Below, piece by piece: positions 25,144 to 38,255 of a DNA stretch of 64,000 nucleotides (position 1 is the stretch's first letter; each line of letters opens with the position of its first letter). The stretch is from an uncultured Thermoleophilia bacterium (GTDB taxonomy: Bacteria > Actinomycetota > Thermoleophilia > Gaiellales > F1-60-MAGs149), in contig CAWDBC010000007.1 of assembly GCA_963800515.1 (NCBI GenBank), positions 304,602-368,601 on the forward strand, written 5' to 3'. Made by a program: the position numbers and the translations under genes. The notes under the pieces are model-generated. The model did no database searches, had not been told where the DNA came from, and saw nothing but the letters and a program-made list of their open reading frames with translations.

Positions 25144-26022
25144 ATGTCGTCGCGCCAGGACATCCAGCGGCGGATCCGCTCCGTCCGCAACACGCGCAAG
25201 GTGACGAAGGCGATGGAGCTCGTCTCCGGCGCGCGGCTCCGGCGCGCCCAGCAGCGCATCGAGGCCATGCGCCCATATGCAGAGGGCATGCAGCAGCTGA
25301 TCTCCGACGTCGCCGGCTACGCCCAGGGACTCCGGCAGCCGCTCCTCGAGCGGCGCGACGTCCGGACCACCGCGGTCCTGGCCATCACCGGCGATCGCGG
25401 GCTCGCCGGCGCCTTCAACGCCAACATCGTCCGCCGATCCCTCGAGATCGGCCGCGAGGAGGCCGCCGAGGGCCGCGAGGTCGCCTACTACGCCGTCGGC
25501 AAGCGCGGCATCTCGTCGCTCCGCTTCCGCCGGGCGACCGTCGTCGACGGCTGGACGGGGATCGCCGACCGGCCCGAGATCGACGATGCCGCCGGGATCG
25601 CGCGGCAGATCACCCAGGCCTACCTCGAAGCCGAGGTCGATCGCGTCGTGATGGTCTACAACCGCTTCCAGTCGGCGCTCGTCCAGGAGGTGACGGTGCA
25701 GGAGCTGCTGCCGTTCGCCATCGAGGAGCGCGAGGACGAGGCGAAGGGCGAGGGGCCGCCCCGGGGGCTCCTCCTCTTCGAGCCCCCGGCGGAGGTGATC
25801 CTCCGGCGCCTCCTGCCCGATGCCCTGCAGACGCTCGTCCTGCGGGCGCTCCTCGAGTCGGCGGCATCGGGGCACGGCGCCCGGATGACCGCGATGCGAT
25901 CCGCCTCCGACAACGCCCAGGAGCTCATCGGCTCCTACACGCTCGCCATGAACCGGGCCCGGCAGGCCGAGATCACGCAGGAGATCCTCGAGGTCGTGTC
26001 GGGCGCCGACGCGCTCGGCTAG
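25144..26022 (+). CDS. atpG: F0F1 ATP synthase subunit gamma
   Basis: [45 protein letters not shown]. Confidence 0.97.
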   Translation: MSSRQDIQRRIRSVRNTRKVTKAMELVSGARLRRAQQRIEAMRPYAEGMQQLISDVAGYAQGLRQPLLERRDVRTTAVLAITGDRGLAGAFNANIVRRSLEIGREEAAEGREVAYYAVGKRGISSLRFRRATVVDGWTGIADRPEIDDAAGIARQITQAYLEAEVDRVVMVYNRFQSALVQEVTVQELLPFAIEEREDEAKGEGPPRGLLLFEPPAEVILRRLLPDALQTLVLRALLESAASGHGARMTAMRSASDNAQELIGSYTLAMNRARQAEITQEILEVVSGADALG

Positions 26023-26059
26023 CCGCGGCGGACTCGGCGGCCGCTCTCGGGGGGAAACG

Positions 26060-26081
26060 GCTATGCACCGTCGTGCATAGC
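26060..26081. promoter_or_regulatory. Perfect inverted repeat GCTATGCAC-CGTC-GTGCATAGC (operator or terminator candidate)
   Basis: 9-bp arms, relatively AT-rich, between atpG and the ABC operon. Confidence 0.55.
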
Positions 26082-26240
26082 GTCGCGGCCGGCCCACATT
26101 GCGAGCGCGGGCGGCCACGCCTCCCCCACGGGCGTGCATATCGACCAGAGTGAGCCTGAGCCGCGACGCGTGCTACCTTCCGCTCACGCCATCTCGGTGG
26201 CGCGCGCGGCAGGGGAGATCGATGGGCGGCGGGAACGGAG

Positions 26241-27242
26241 GTGGTCGTGCAGAGGGGAAACGAAGGCTCCGAGGTCGAGCAGGTGTCCGGCTCGGGCGCC
26301 AATGCGCTCGTCGCGGAGCCGATGCACGTCGGAGCCGAGCCGATCGAGACGCGGGTCGCCGCCCGGAGCCCGGGGCAGATCGCCTGGGCGCGGCTGCGGC
26401 AGGATCGGGTCGCGATCGCGGGCGCGGTGTTCATCGTCCTCCTGATCATCTTCGCGCTCTGCGCCCCGCTCGTCGCGTCGGCGACGGGACACCAGAAGGA
26501 CGACCAGGACACGGTCTTCGGCCTCGATGACAACGGGCTGCCGCTCGGCCCCCTGGTCAACGGCTACGTCTTCGGCTCGGACCAGCTCGGGCGCGACCTG
26601 CTCGTCCGCGCCGCCTACGGCGCGCGGACCTCGCTGATCATCGGCGTCACGGCGACGTTCCTCACCCTCACCGTCGCCCTGATCGCTGGGATCGTCGCCG
26701 GGTACTTCGGCGGCTGGGTGGACGGGGCGATCTCGCGCGTCATCGACGTCATCGCCGCCTTCCCGTTCCTGCTCTTCGCGATCGCGATGTCGAAGGTGCT
26801 CGGCGCGTCGCTGCCCACGGTGGTCTTCGTGATCGCCTTCTTCTCTTGGTTCTACACGGCCCGCGTCTTCCGGTCGGAGATCCTCGCGCTCCGGGAACGC
26901 GAGTTCGTGGAGGCGGCGAGAGCGCTCGGCGCCTCGAACTTCCGGATCATGACGAAGCACCTCTTCCCGCACCTGATCGGCTCGTTGATCGTCTACGGCA
27001 CGCTGACGATCTCGGCCTCCATCGGGTTCGAGGCGGCGCTCTCGTTCCTCGGATTCGGGTTGCCGGCGAGCTACCCGTCGTGGGGCCGGATGATCTCCGA
27101 CGCGGTACCGGGCGGCCGGTACCATCTCGCGCCGATGATGATGGTCGTGCCGGGAACGCTCCTGTTCCTGACCGTCCTGGCCTTCAACCTGCTGGGCGAC
27201 GGCCTGCGGGACGCGTTCGACCCCCGCGGAGGAGGCCGCTGA
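26241..27242 (+). CDS. Oligopeptide/dipeptide ABC permease (OppC/BldKA-like)
   Basis: FGSDQLGRDLL, EREFVEAARALGA, EAALSFLG, NLLGDGLRDAFDPR. Confidence 0.93.
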   Translation: MVVQRGNEGSEVEQVSGSGANALVAEPMHVGAEPIETRVAARSPGQIAWARLRQDRVAIAGAVFIVLLIIFALCAPLVASATGHQKDDQDTVFGLDDNGLPLGPLVNGYVFGSDQLGRDLLVRAAYGARTSLIIGVTATFLTLTVALIAGIVAGYFGGWVDGAISRVIDVIAAFPFLLFAIAMSKVLGASLPTVVFVIAFFSWFYTARVFRSEILALREREFVEAARALGASNFRIMTKHLFPHLIGSLIVYGTLTISASIGFEAALSFLGFGLPASYPSWGRMISDAVPGGRYHLAPMMMVVPGTLLFLTVLAFNLLGDGLRDAFDPRGGGR

Positions 27243-27331
27243 GAGGCGGCTCGCGGGGGAGGCTCGGCGGTCGTCGCGCTCGTGGCGGCCGGAACGACAT
27301 TCGGGGAAACGAAAGGAACAGGGAGAGACTC

Positions 27332-29116
27332 TTGAAGAGATACGTGACAGCAGCGTCGGCGGTCGCGCTCGTGGCCTTCACGGCGGCGGCGTGCGGCAGC
27401 TCGACCAGTGCGAAGAAGGAGGCGTCGTCGGAGTCCTCGCAGGCGGGCTCGGCCGCGCAGATCAACACGGCGCTCTCCGCGAGCGTGAACACGGCGGCCG
27501 CGAGCCTCGCGTCGGGCTCGTCGGTGAAGAAGGGCGGCGTCCTCAAGATCGCCAACCAGTCCGACTACGACTACTACGACGGCACCTCCTACTACGGTGA
27601 CATCTGGGCCTTCGAGTTCGCGACCTGCAACGGCCTGCTCGACTATCCGAACTCGACGGGCAAGGACGCGAACACCCTGCGGCCGGGCATCGCCCAGGAC
27701 ATGCCGAAGGTCTCCTCCGACGGCCTCAGCTACACGTTCACGATCCGCAAGGGCGTCAAGTTCTCGAACGGCGCCGAGGTGACGCCCCAGGACGTCGTCG
27801 GCACGTACGAGCGGATGCTCGATCCGGGTGCGCAGTTCAACCCGCTGACGTCGGGCTACTACAACGACATCGTCGGCCTCGACAAGTACACGGCGGTCGA
27901 CAAGAACGGCAAGCCGCTCGCGTCGGACCCGAAGACGATCTCCGGGATCACGGTCTCCGGCCAGGACGTGACGTTCAAGCTGACGAAGCAGAATCCGGCG
28001 TTCCTCTACGCCACGGCGCTGCGGTTCGCGTGCATCGTGCCGGCCGACTCGCCGCACAAGCACACGACGCTGCCGCCGCCGATGACCGGGCCGTACATGT
28101 TCAAGGACGTGAAGCCGAAGCGCGGCTTCACGATGGTCCGGAACCCCGTCTGGGCGGACAACGTCAAGGCCGGGATGATCGAGGACCCGAACTCGAACAA
28201 CGTCGACGAGATCGACTACTCGATCATGTCGCCCGAGCAGATGCTGCTCAACCTGAAGAACAACACGCTCGACATCAACGTCGACGGCGCCTCGATCGCG
28301 GGCGCCAACGCGAACGCGATCGGTGACGACCCGAAGTACAAGGATCGCTTCTACTCGTTCGCCGACGCCTCGACGAGCTACTACTACTTCAACTTCAACT
28401 CGAACAGCCCGATGAAGAACCTGAAGCTCCGGCAGGCCGCGAACTACGCGATCAACCGGACCGCCCAGATCAAGATCAACGGCGGCAAGTTCATCGGCGT
28501 GCCGTGGAGCCAGTTCCTCTCCTCGAACCTGCTCGCCCCGGGCGCGAACACCAACATCTACCCGGTGACGCCCGACATCGCCAAGGCGAAGGAGCTCGTC
28601 AAGGAGTCCGGCGTCAAGACGCCGATCAAGGTCAACCTCTACTACCAGACCGGCGCGCCCGGCGACGACCTCGCCCAGAACATCGCCAACTCGCTGAACC
28701 AGGTCGGCTTCAACGTGACCATCAAGGGCGAGGACACGTCGGTCTTCTACACCGACATCCAGGACCCGAAGGCCGCACGGGACGACATCGGCTTCGGCGC
28801 CTGGGGCCAGGACTACGGCGACGCCGGCACGTACTTCGGGCCGCTCCTGAACTCGGCGACCGCCGACGGCGGCTCGAACTACGGCGACCTCAAGGATCCG
28901 TCCCTCGACGCGGCCATGGCCAAGGCGAACCTGATCCCGATCGGCGAGGCGCGCACGAAGGCGTATTCGGACCTCTCCACCTCGATGATGCAGAACATCG
29001 CGCCGATGGCGACGTTCCGGAACCGCCGCAAGTCGTTCCTCGTCTCGAGCCGCGTCGGGAACTTCCAGTACAACCCGACGAAGCTCAACTACTGGAGCCT
29101 CTACTACATCAAGTAG
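27332..29116 (+). CDS. ABC substrate-binding lipoprotein, family 5 (OppA/BldKB-like)
   Basis: TTG start after a purine-rich RBS, lipobox TAAAC, YTFTIRKGVKFSNG, TGPY, LRQAANYAINR. Confidence 0.93.
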   Translation: MKRYVTAASAVALVAFTAAACGSSTSAKKEASSESSQAGSAAQINTALSASVNTAAASLASGSSVKKGGVLKIANQSDYDYYDGTSYYGDIWAFEFATCNGLLDYPNSTGKDANTLRPGIAQDMPKVSSDGLSYTFTIRKGVKFSNGAEVTPQDVVGTYERMLDPGAQFNPLTSGYYNDIVGLDKYTAVDKNGKPLASDPKTISGITVSGQDVTFKLTKQNPAFLYATALRFACIVPADSPHKHTTLPPPMTGPYMFKDVKPKRGFTMVRNPVWADNVKAGMIEDPNSNNVDEIDYSIMSPEQMLLNLKNNTLDINVDGASIAGANANAIGDDPKYKDRFYSFADASTSYYYFNFNSNSPMKNLKLRQAANYAINRTAQIKINGGKFIGVPWSQFLSSNLLAPGANTNIYPVTPDIAKAKELVKESGVKTPIKVNLYYQTGAPGDDLAQNIANSLNQVGFNVTIKGEDTSVFYTDIQDPKAARDDIGFGAWGQDYGDAGTYFGPLLNSATADGGSNYGDLKDPSLDAAMAKANLIPIGEARTKAYSDLSTSMMQNIAPMATFRNRRKSFLVSSRVGNFQYNPTKLNYWSLYYIK

Positions 29117-29124
29117 GCTCGCGA

Positions 29125-29158
29125 CCCGGCCGGGTGGGGGCGACCCCACCCGGCCGGG
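29125..29158 (+). terminator. 15-bp perfect hairpin with GCGA (GNRA) tetraloop after the SBP gene
   Basis: CCCGGCCGGGTGGGG-GCGA-CCCCACCCGGCCGGG; typical position for an mRNA-stabilising or attenuating stem. Confidence 0.7.
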
Positions 29159-29188
29159 CCCCGTCCCTCGCCCACCGGGAAGCGTCAG

Positions 29189-30301
29189 ATGATCCGCTAT
29201 ACGATCCGCCGACTGCTCTGGGGCATCATCGTGCTCCTCGTGATCACGATGATCACGTTCCTGCTCTTCGGCCCCGTCCTCAACTGGCGGACCCAGACCG
29301 ACGCGGCCCGCCTCGTCGCCGGGCCGCGCGCCGGGGCACCGCAGCTCGAGCAGGTCCGCCGCTTCCTCGGACTCAAGAAGCCCTTCTACGAGCAGTACTA
29401 CATCTACGTCAAGCGGATCGCCCTCGGCCCGTCGGCCCAGGACAAGCGCGATTTCTGCCCGGTGATCGCCAAGACCGGCGCGAACGGAGCGCCGATCAAG
29501 GACGCGAACGGCAAGGTCGAGACGACACGGCCGTGCGGCCCCTACATCGGGCACCTCGGGAGGAGCTTCCTCACGAGCCAGAGCGTGGATCGACGGGTCG
29601 CCCAGGCCGCCCCCCTGACCTTCTCGCTGGCGATCGTGACGGCGATCATCTGGCTCTCGCTCTCGATACCGATCGGGATCCTGTCGGCGATACGCTCCCG
29701 GACCTTCTTCGACCGGGCGTCGGTCATCTTCGTGCTCGGTGGCCAGGCGCTGCCCGTCTACTACTTCGGCCTGCTGGCGCTCTACATCCTCGCCTACCTG
29801 CCGACGACGGGGACGTTCGGGTTCCACGCGACCCTCTTCCCGATCGGCGGCTACCACAGCTTCCATGCCTCGAACCCGTGGCCGTGGCTGCACGCCCTGA
29901 TCCTTCCGGGAGCGACGCTCGCCCTGCAGTTCGCCGCCCAGTACGTGCGGATCACGCGGTCGAGCATGATCTCGACGATGAACGAGGACTACATCCGGAC
30001 GGCCCGGGCGAAGGGCGCCCCGGAGCGGCGGGTGATCGTCCGCCACGGCCTCCGCAACAGCCTGCTGCCGCTCGTCACGATGTTCGGCCTCGACTTCGCG
30101 ACGCTGCTCGGCGGGGCTGTCCTGACGGAGACGACGTTCGGGATCCAGGGTCTGGGCCTGATGGCCGTGCAGTCCGTGGAGGGCCTGGACGTGCCGAGCG
30201 CCGCCGGCGTCATCGTCCTCGTCGCCTTCCTGATCGTCTTCGCGAACATCGTCGTCGACCTGCTCTACGCCGTCATCGATCCGAGGATCCGCCTCGCATG
30301 A
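29189..30301 (+). CDS. ABC permease (OppB/BldKC-like)
   Basis: EDYIRTARAKG, HGLRNSLLP, ETTFGIQGLG, VDLLYAVIDPRIR. Confidence 0.93.
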   Translation: MIRYTIRRLLWGIIVLLVITMITFLLFGPVLNWRTQTDAARLVAGPRAGAPQLEQVRRFLGLKKPFYEQYYIYVKRIALGPSAQDKRDFCPVIAKTGANGAPIKDANGKVETTRPCGPYIGHLGRSFLTSQSVDRRVAQAAPLTFSLAIVTAIIWLSLSIPIGILSAIRSRTFFDRASVIFVLGGQALPVYYFGLLALYILAYLPTTGTFGFHATLFPIGGYHSFHASNPWPWLHALILPGATLALQFAAQYVRITRSSMISTMNEDYIRTARAKGAPERRVIVRHGLRNSLLPLVTMFGLDFATLLGGAVLTETTFGIQGLGLMAVQSVEGLDVPSAAGVIVLVAFLIVFANIVVDLLYAVIDPRIRLA

Positions 30302-30343
30302 CATGCCCCCGCCCGTTCGCCCGAGCCCGAGCCGAGGCCTGAG

Positions 30344-31367
30344 ATGCCGCTACTCGAGGTCCGCGACCTGCACACGTCGTTCCGCACCGACGACGGGATC
30401 GTCCGCGCCATCGACGGGGTCTCGTTCACCGTCGAGCGGGGCAAGGTGCTCGGCATCGTCGGCGAGTCGGGGTCCGGCAAGTCCGTGACCTCGATGTCGA
30501 TCATGGGCCTCCTGCCCAAGCAGTCGACGACCATCACGGGCGAGATCCTGTTCAACGACCAGGACCTCCTGAGGCTCTCCGGGCACGATCTGCGCAAGCT
30601 GCGCGGCGACGACCTGGCGATGATCTTCCAGGATCCGATGACGTCGCTGAACCCGATCTACACGATCGGCTGGCAGCTCGAGGAGGCGGTCCTCCTCCAT
30701 CAGGACGTGTCCCACGCGCAGGCCCGGACCCGCGCCCGCGACATGCTCGCCGCCGTCGGCATCCCGCGGCCGGACGAGCGTCTCAAGTCCTTCCCGCACG
30801 AGTTCTCCGGCGGCATGCGCCAGCGGGTGATGATCGCGATGGCGCTCGCCAACGACCCCGACCTGCTGATCGCCGACGAGCCGACGACGGCGCTCGACGT
30901 GACGACGCAGTCGCAGATCCTCAACCTGATCCGCCGCCTCAAGGACGAGTTCGACTCGGCCGTGATCATGATCACCCACGATCTCGGGGTGGTCGCCGAG
31001 ATCTGCGACGACGTCCTCGTGATGTACGCCGGCAAGGTGGCCGAGCAGGGGCCGGTCGACGTCATCTTCGACCGACCGCAGCACCCCTACACGTGGGGCC
31101 TGATGCGCTCGATGCCGAGCCTGCACGCGCACGGCGAGCGGCTGCGCTCGATCCCGGGCTCGCCGCCCTCGCTCCTCAACCGGCCGGCCGGCTGCCCGTT
31201 CAATCCGCGCTGCCCCTACGTGATGGACGTCTGCCGGCACGATCCGCCGCCCGTCCTCGCCCAGATCCCGGGCTCGGCCGCTTCCACGTCGCCGCCTGCC
31301 ATCTCTCGCAGGAGCGCAAGGACGAGGAGGCGGCGAAGCTCGTCTCCTCCCTGAAGGTGGTCGAGGT

Positions 31368-31371
<4 letters not shown>
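30344..31371 (+). CDS. ABC ATP-binding protein (OppD-like), frameshift near 31270
   Basis: [30 protein letters not shown]; the C-terminus HVAACHL..VVEV* is in another frame ending at the ATGA overlap. Confidence 0.92.
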
Positions 31372-32492
<1,121 letters not shown>

Positions 32493-32508
32493 TCGAGTCG
32501 CCCGCGCG

Positions 32509-32853
32509 GTGACGCGCCGCGAGCTCGCGCAGGGCCTCCTCCGCCTCGCGTTCGCGTTCGGCTCGCTCCTCGCCCTGGCGGCGATCGGCGGCCTCGCCTC
32601 GGTCGAGATCTGGGCCGGGAGCTTCGCGCACGGGTTCGCCCTCGTCTGCTCGGCGGTGGCGGTGACGTTCCTCCTCTGGGGGGTCGGCGCCTTCCTCCAG
32701 ACCGGGGGCTACCGGGCGCGCGGCGCCCGCTTCTCGTCGCCGCGCGAGTGGGACACCCGGACGCCGGAGGAGCGGCGCGAGAAGGAGGTCCAGGCCGCCG
32801 GCCTGATCGCCTCCGGCGTCCTCTTCTTCGTACTCGCACTCGTTGTCGGCTGA
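32509..32853 (+). CDS. Hypothetical small membrane protein (3 TM)
   Basis: Hydrophobic segments, high-GC codon usage, 16 bp after oppF. Confidence 0.65.
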   Translation: MTRRELAQGLLRLAFAFGSLLALAAIGGLASVEIWAGSFAHGFALVCSAVAVTFLLWGVGAFLQTGGYRARGARFSSPREWDTRTPEERREKEVQAAGLIASGVLFFVLALVVG

Positions 32854-33399
32854 GCGAGGGACGCAGCCGGCGGGAGCGCGCCCCTCGAGTGAGCACGGGA
32901 TGGAGGCAGGCATCCGGCGGCCCGGCTCTGCGCCACGGCGCTCGGGGCACGGCGACTGCGGCCGGAGCCGCTGCGGTCCTCCGGATCGCCAACCACCGCC
33001 GCAATGCGCGCACCGATCGGTAGGTCGCACGATCGATCGGATGCCGCTCGGTGTCGCCCGCACCCGGGCCTGAAGCGACCCCTCGAGGTGGGTCGTGCGG
33101 GCCGAGGCTCCGATCGCCGTCTCCCGCCTCCGTCGGCGGGCGTTCCCGCTCGCGCCGCGGTCACCGGCTTCGGCGTGCGCCCGGACACGGGGATCGACCG
33201 GGGCCTCATCGGCCTCCCCTGGCTTGCGGGCCACGACGTACGCGACGATGGGACGCGCCGGCGCCCGGGCTCGTCTCCGGCTGCCGCGGTCCCGCGAGCC
33301 TCGACGTGCGGGAGCTGCATCTCCGGTACCCTGTCGGCGTTTAGCCGGACGGGTAGCCGGCTCTTCTCCACTCCCTCGCGCCCAGGAGCCAGAAGTCGC

Positions 33400-34910
<1,511 letters not shown>

Positions 34911-34912
34911 GC

Positions 34913-35323
34913 ATGGCGACGTTCGACTGCCAGATCGTGACGCCGGAGGGGCCAGCGTTCGAGGGCGAGGCGGAGATGATCGTCGTGCCGGGCGTGGAGG
35001 GCGAGCTCGGCGTCCTGGCGCGCCACGCACCCCTGATCGCGATGCTCAAGCCGGGGCAGATCCGCGTCCGCACGGACGCCTCCAACTGGCAGGCGTTCGC
35101 GACCTCCGACGGGTACTTCTCGGTCCAGAACGACCGGGCGATCGTGCTCGTCGAGCACGCGGCGCCCGTGGACGAGATCGACACCGCCGCGGCGAAGGCG
35201 CTCGCCGACGACGCACGCGAGCGCCTGTCCCGCGCCGATGCCGGCGACGAGGAGGTCGACCGCTTCCGCGCCGAGCGCGACCTCGCCCGCGCCGAGAACC
35301 TGCTCGGCGTGGCGGGCCGCTGA
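34913..35323 (+). CDS. atpC: F0F1 ATP synthase subunit epsilon
   Basis: [19 protein letters not shown]. Confidence 0.95.
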   Translation: MATFDCQIVTPEGPAFEGEAEMIVVPGVEGELGVLARHAPLIAMLKPGQIRVRTDASNWQAFATSDGYFSVQNDRAIVLVEHAAPVDEIDTAAAKALADDARERLSRADAGDEEVDRFRAERDLARAENLLGVAGR

Positions 35324-35425
35324 GCGAGCCCCGGGCGCTCGAGCGGACGCGCCGGCCGGTGGTCGCGCGGCCCCCGACGCGGCGACGGCCGGGCGGCCGG
35401 TCGCGGTGAGCCGGACCGAAGCCGG

Positions 35426-36425
35426 ATGAGGGACCAGCAGCACGTCGCCGTCGTCGGCGCCGGATCCTTCGGGACGGCGTTCTCGGCGCACGTGGGGCGA
35501 CTCGGGTTGGCGACGACCCTCCTCGCCCGCGACCCGCGCGTCGCGGGGGTGATCGAGCGCACGCGGCGGAATCCGCGCTACCTGCCTGAACTCGAGCTCC
35601 CGGCGTGCGTGCGGGCGCGGAGCGGCGAGGAGGGGCTGGCCGAGGCCTCCCTCGTCGTGCTCGCGGTGCCCTCGCGGGCGTACGCGGAGACGGCCCATCG
35701 CGTCCTCCGCCACGTCGGCGACGAAGCCCTGGTCCTCTCGCTGACGAAGGGCCTCGAGCCTGGGACCGGCGATCGCCTCTCCCAAGTCCTCCGCCGCGCG
35801 GGGCTCGACGACGCGCGGATCGCGGTCCTCTCGGGGCCGAACCACGCCGAGGAGATCGCCCGCTCGGCACCGACGGCGGCGGTCGTCTCCTCCTCCGATC
35901 CGGGGGACGATCCGCTCCCTCCAGGCGCTCCTCTCCACGGATCGGCTGCGGCTCTACGGCAACGGCGACCTCGTGGGGGTCGAGATCGCCGCGGCGTCCA
36001 AGAACGTGATCGCGGTGGCCGCCGGCGTCTCGGACGGCCTCGGCTTCGGCGACAACGCCAAGGCGGCGCTCCTGACTCGCGGTCTCGCCGAGATCGCGCG
36101 CCTCGGGGTCGCGCTCGGGGCCGATCGCCGGACCTTCGCCGGGCTCGCGGGGCTCGGCGACCTCGTCGCCACCTGCTGCTCGACGCATTCCCGGAACCGC
36201 GCGGCGGGGGAGCTGCTCGGCCGCGGCATGCCACTCGGCCAGGTCGAGGGGAGCCTCGGCATGGTCGCGGAGGGCCTGACCACGGCACCGACGCTCGTGC
36301 GGTTGGCCGCCCGGGCAGGGGTCGAGGTCCCGATCACCCGCGAGGTCTGCGCCATCCTCGACGGCTCGCATCCCGCCTCGGCGCTGGAGTCGCTGATGGG
36401 CCGGGAATCGGCCGCGGAATGGTGA
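35426..36425 (+). CDS. gpsA: NAD(P)H-dependent glycerol-3-phosphate dehydrogenase, frameshift at poly-G near 35902-35906
   Basis: VVGAGSFGTA, SLTKGLE, LSGPNHAEEI, then KNVIAVAAG..LGFGDNAKA..GLGDLVATC..SRNR. Confidence 0.93.
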
Positions 36426-36534
36426 CATCCGCGCGGCACATCTGAAGGTAGGCTCAACCTGGGCGCACCGGCGGCGCGGTAATCTACGAGCAGGGGCCGG
36501 CTGATCTCGGCCCCGCGACACACGAGGGGTATTC

Positions 36535-38145
36535 ATGCGTTATCGGAGACCAGCATTCGCCGCGGGAGCGGCGGCGCTTGCAGTTGTCGGGGCCGCGTGC
36601 GGCGGCTCGTCCTCAGGCGGCGGCGGGGCGGGGGCCTCCGGGACGGAGGGAAGGGGCGCCACGTACGCCCCCGCGAGCTCGATCATGTTCTTCGATGCCA
36701 ACGTCGACCAGGGGTCGGACGCCTGGAAGAAGCTGATCGCGCTCGGCGCTCGCTTCCCGAGCTGGCCGAAGCTCGCCGCGCAGGTGGACAAGGCGATGAG
36801 CGAGCAGTCGGACGGCGGCTCGTTCAACACCAAGGTCAAGCCGTGGCTGGGCGGCGAGGTCTCGATCGCGATCACGCACATCGATCCCGCGGCCGCGTCC
36901 AGCGGTGCCGGCGCGCGGTCGACCGACAACGCGAAGGTCGTCGCCTACATCCAGTCCACGGACGACAAGAAGGCGACCGAGGCGCTCCAGTCCGACGTCA
37001 CGAAGACCGGGACGTCCGGCGACTTCACCCTCTACACGTCGAAGCAGAAGGCGGGCGACTCGTCCGGCGCCGGGTACCTCGCGATCGGCAAGGGCGCCGT
37101 CCTCGTCTCGAACTCGCAGGCCGACCTCCAGTCGGCCATCGACGCGGGCACGGGGAAGGTCGACTCCCTCGGCGACGCGAAGGACTTCAAGAGCACGATG
37201 GGGGAGCTGCCCTCGTCGAACCTCCTGGTCGGCTACGTGAACACTCCGGCGCTGCGCCCGCTGATCCAGGCGGCCACGACCCAGCAGGGCAAGAGCCTGC
37301 CGACCGGCGCCTCGGCGCAGCTCCAGGCCCAGCTCGCCAAGATCGGCAGCTCCGGGGGTTCCGCGTTCGCCGCCACCCCGGCCGACGACGGCATCCACTT
37401 CGCGACCTTCAGCCAGATGACCGGCGACTCCAAGACCGCCGCGCTCGCCACCCAGAAGGTCACCCTCGGCGACCGTGTCCCCTCGAACGCCCTGGCCTTC
37501 GTCGGCTTCCACGACCTCGGCCAGTCGATCCAGTCGATCGTGGACACGTACGCCAAGCAGGATCCGAAGGTCGCCCAGCAGATCGCCCAGGGGGAGGCGG
37601 CGCTCGGCGTCTCGATCAAGAACGACATCGTGCCCCTGCTCTCCGGCGAGCATGCGTTCTTCGTCACCGGCGGGGCGCCGCCGACCGTCACCCTCCTGCT
37701 CAAGCCCGCCGACGCCGCCAAGGGCGCCGACACGCTGCAGCGGCTGACGAAGCTCATCGGCTCCCAGACCGGACTCCAGTTCAGGGGAGACGCCACGGGC
37801 CAGCAGGCGAAGCAGGGCGCGAACACCTTCGCCTGGCATCGCTCGGGTGGCGTGATCGCGCTCTCCAACGATCCGCAGGCCGGGACGGTCCAGGGCTCCG
37901 GGCTCCTCTCGAGCGACAAGTTCACCCAGCTCCAGAAGGCCGCCGGCGCACCGGACAGCTCCGCCGCCTCCGTCTACCTCGACGTCCCGTCGCTCGTCAC
38001 GCTCGCCCAGGCGGCGTCGGGGAGCGGCACCTCGGCCTCCGACAAGGAGGCGATCGCAAACCTGCAGCACGTGGGCGGCGTCCTCGGCTGGACCACCGTC
38101 GACGGCAAGAAGGTCAAGGGCGACCTCTTCCTCCAGATCAAGTAG
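36535..38145 (+). CDS. Lipoprotein, DUF3352-like
   Basis: Lipobox VGAAC, VKPWLGGEV and IVPLLSGE repeated-domain motifs. Confidence 0.75.
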   Translation: MRYRRPAFAAGAAALAVVGAACGGSSSGGGGAGASGTEGRGATYAPASSIMFFDANVDQGSDAWKKLIALGARFPSWPKLAAQVDKAMSEQSDGGSFNTKVKPWLGGEVSIAITHIDPAAASSGAGARSTDNAKVVAYIQSTDDKKATEALQSDVTKTGTSGDFTLYTSKQKAGDSSGAGYLAIGKGAVLVSNSQADLQSAIDAGTGKVDSLGDAKDFKSTMGELPSSNLLVGYVNTPALRPLIQAATTQQGKSLPTGASAQLQAQLAKIGSSGGSAFAATPADDGIHFATFSQMTGDSKTAALATQKVTLGDRVPSNALAFVGFHDLGQSIQSIVDTYAKQDPKVAQQIAQGEAALGVSIKNDIVPLLSGEHAFFVTGGAPPTVTLLLKPADAAKGADTLQRLTKLIGSQTGLQFRGDATGQQAKQGANTFAWHRSGGVIALSNDPQAGTVQGSGLLSSDKFTQLQKAAGAPDSSAASVYLDVPSLVTLAQAASGSGTSASDKEAIANLQHVGGVLGWTTVDGKKVKGDLFLQIK

Positions 38146-38154
38146 CCCGCGCGA

Positions 38155-38194
38155 CGCCCGATCCGGTTCGCTCCAGGAGCGGCCGGATCGGGCG
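38155..38194. terminator. Long GC hairpin between convergent genes
   Basis: CGCCCGATCCGGT...GCCGGATCGGGCG with an inner CGCTCC/GGAGCG stem. Confidence 0.6.
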
Positions 38195-38255
38195 CGGCGC
38201 TCTCGTCAGCGGGAAGTTCCGACCGTTCCCGCGGGGCGGACCTAGCCCACGGCCG

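Noticed and set aside
27332..29116. Lower GC in the SBP gene (also 36535-38145 and 49475-50416) as evidence of horizontal transfer
   Set aside because: Third codon positions stay almost all G/C; the shift reflects Lys/Asn/Thr/Tyr-rich exported proteins
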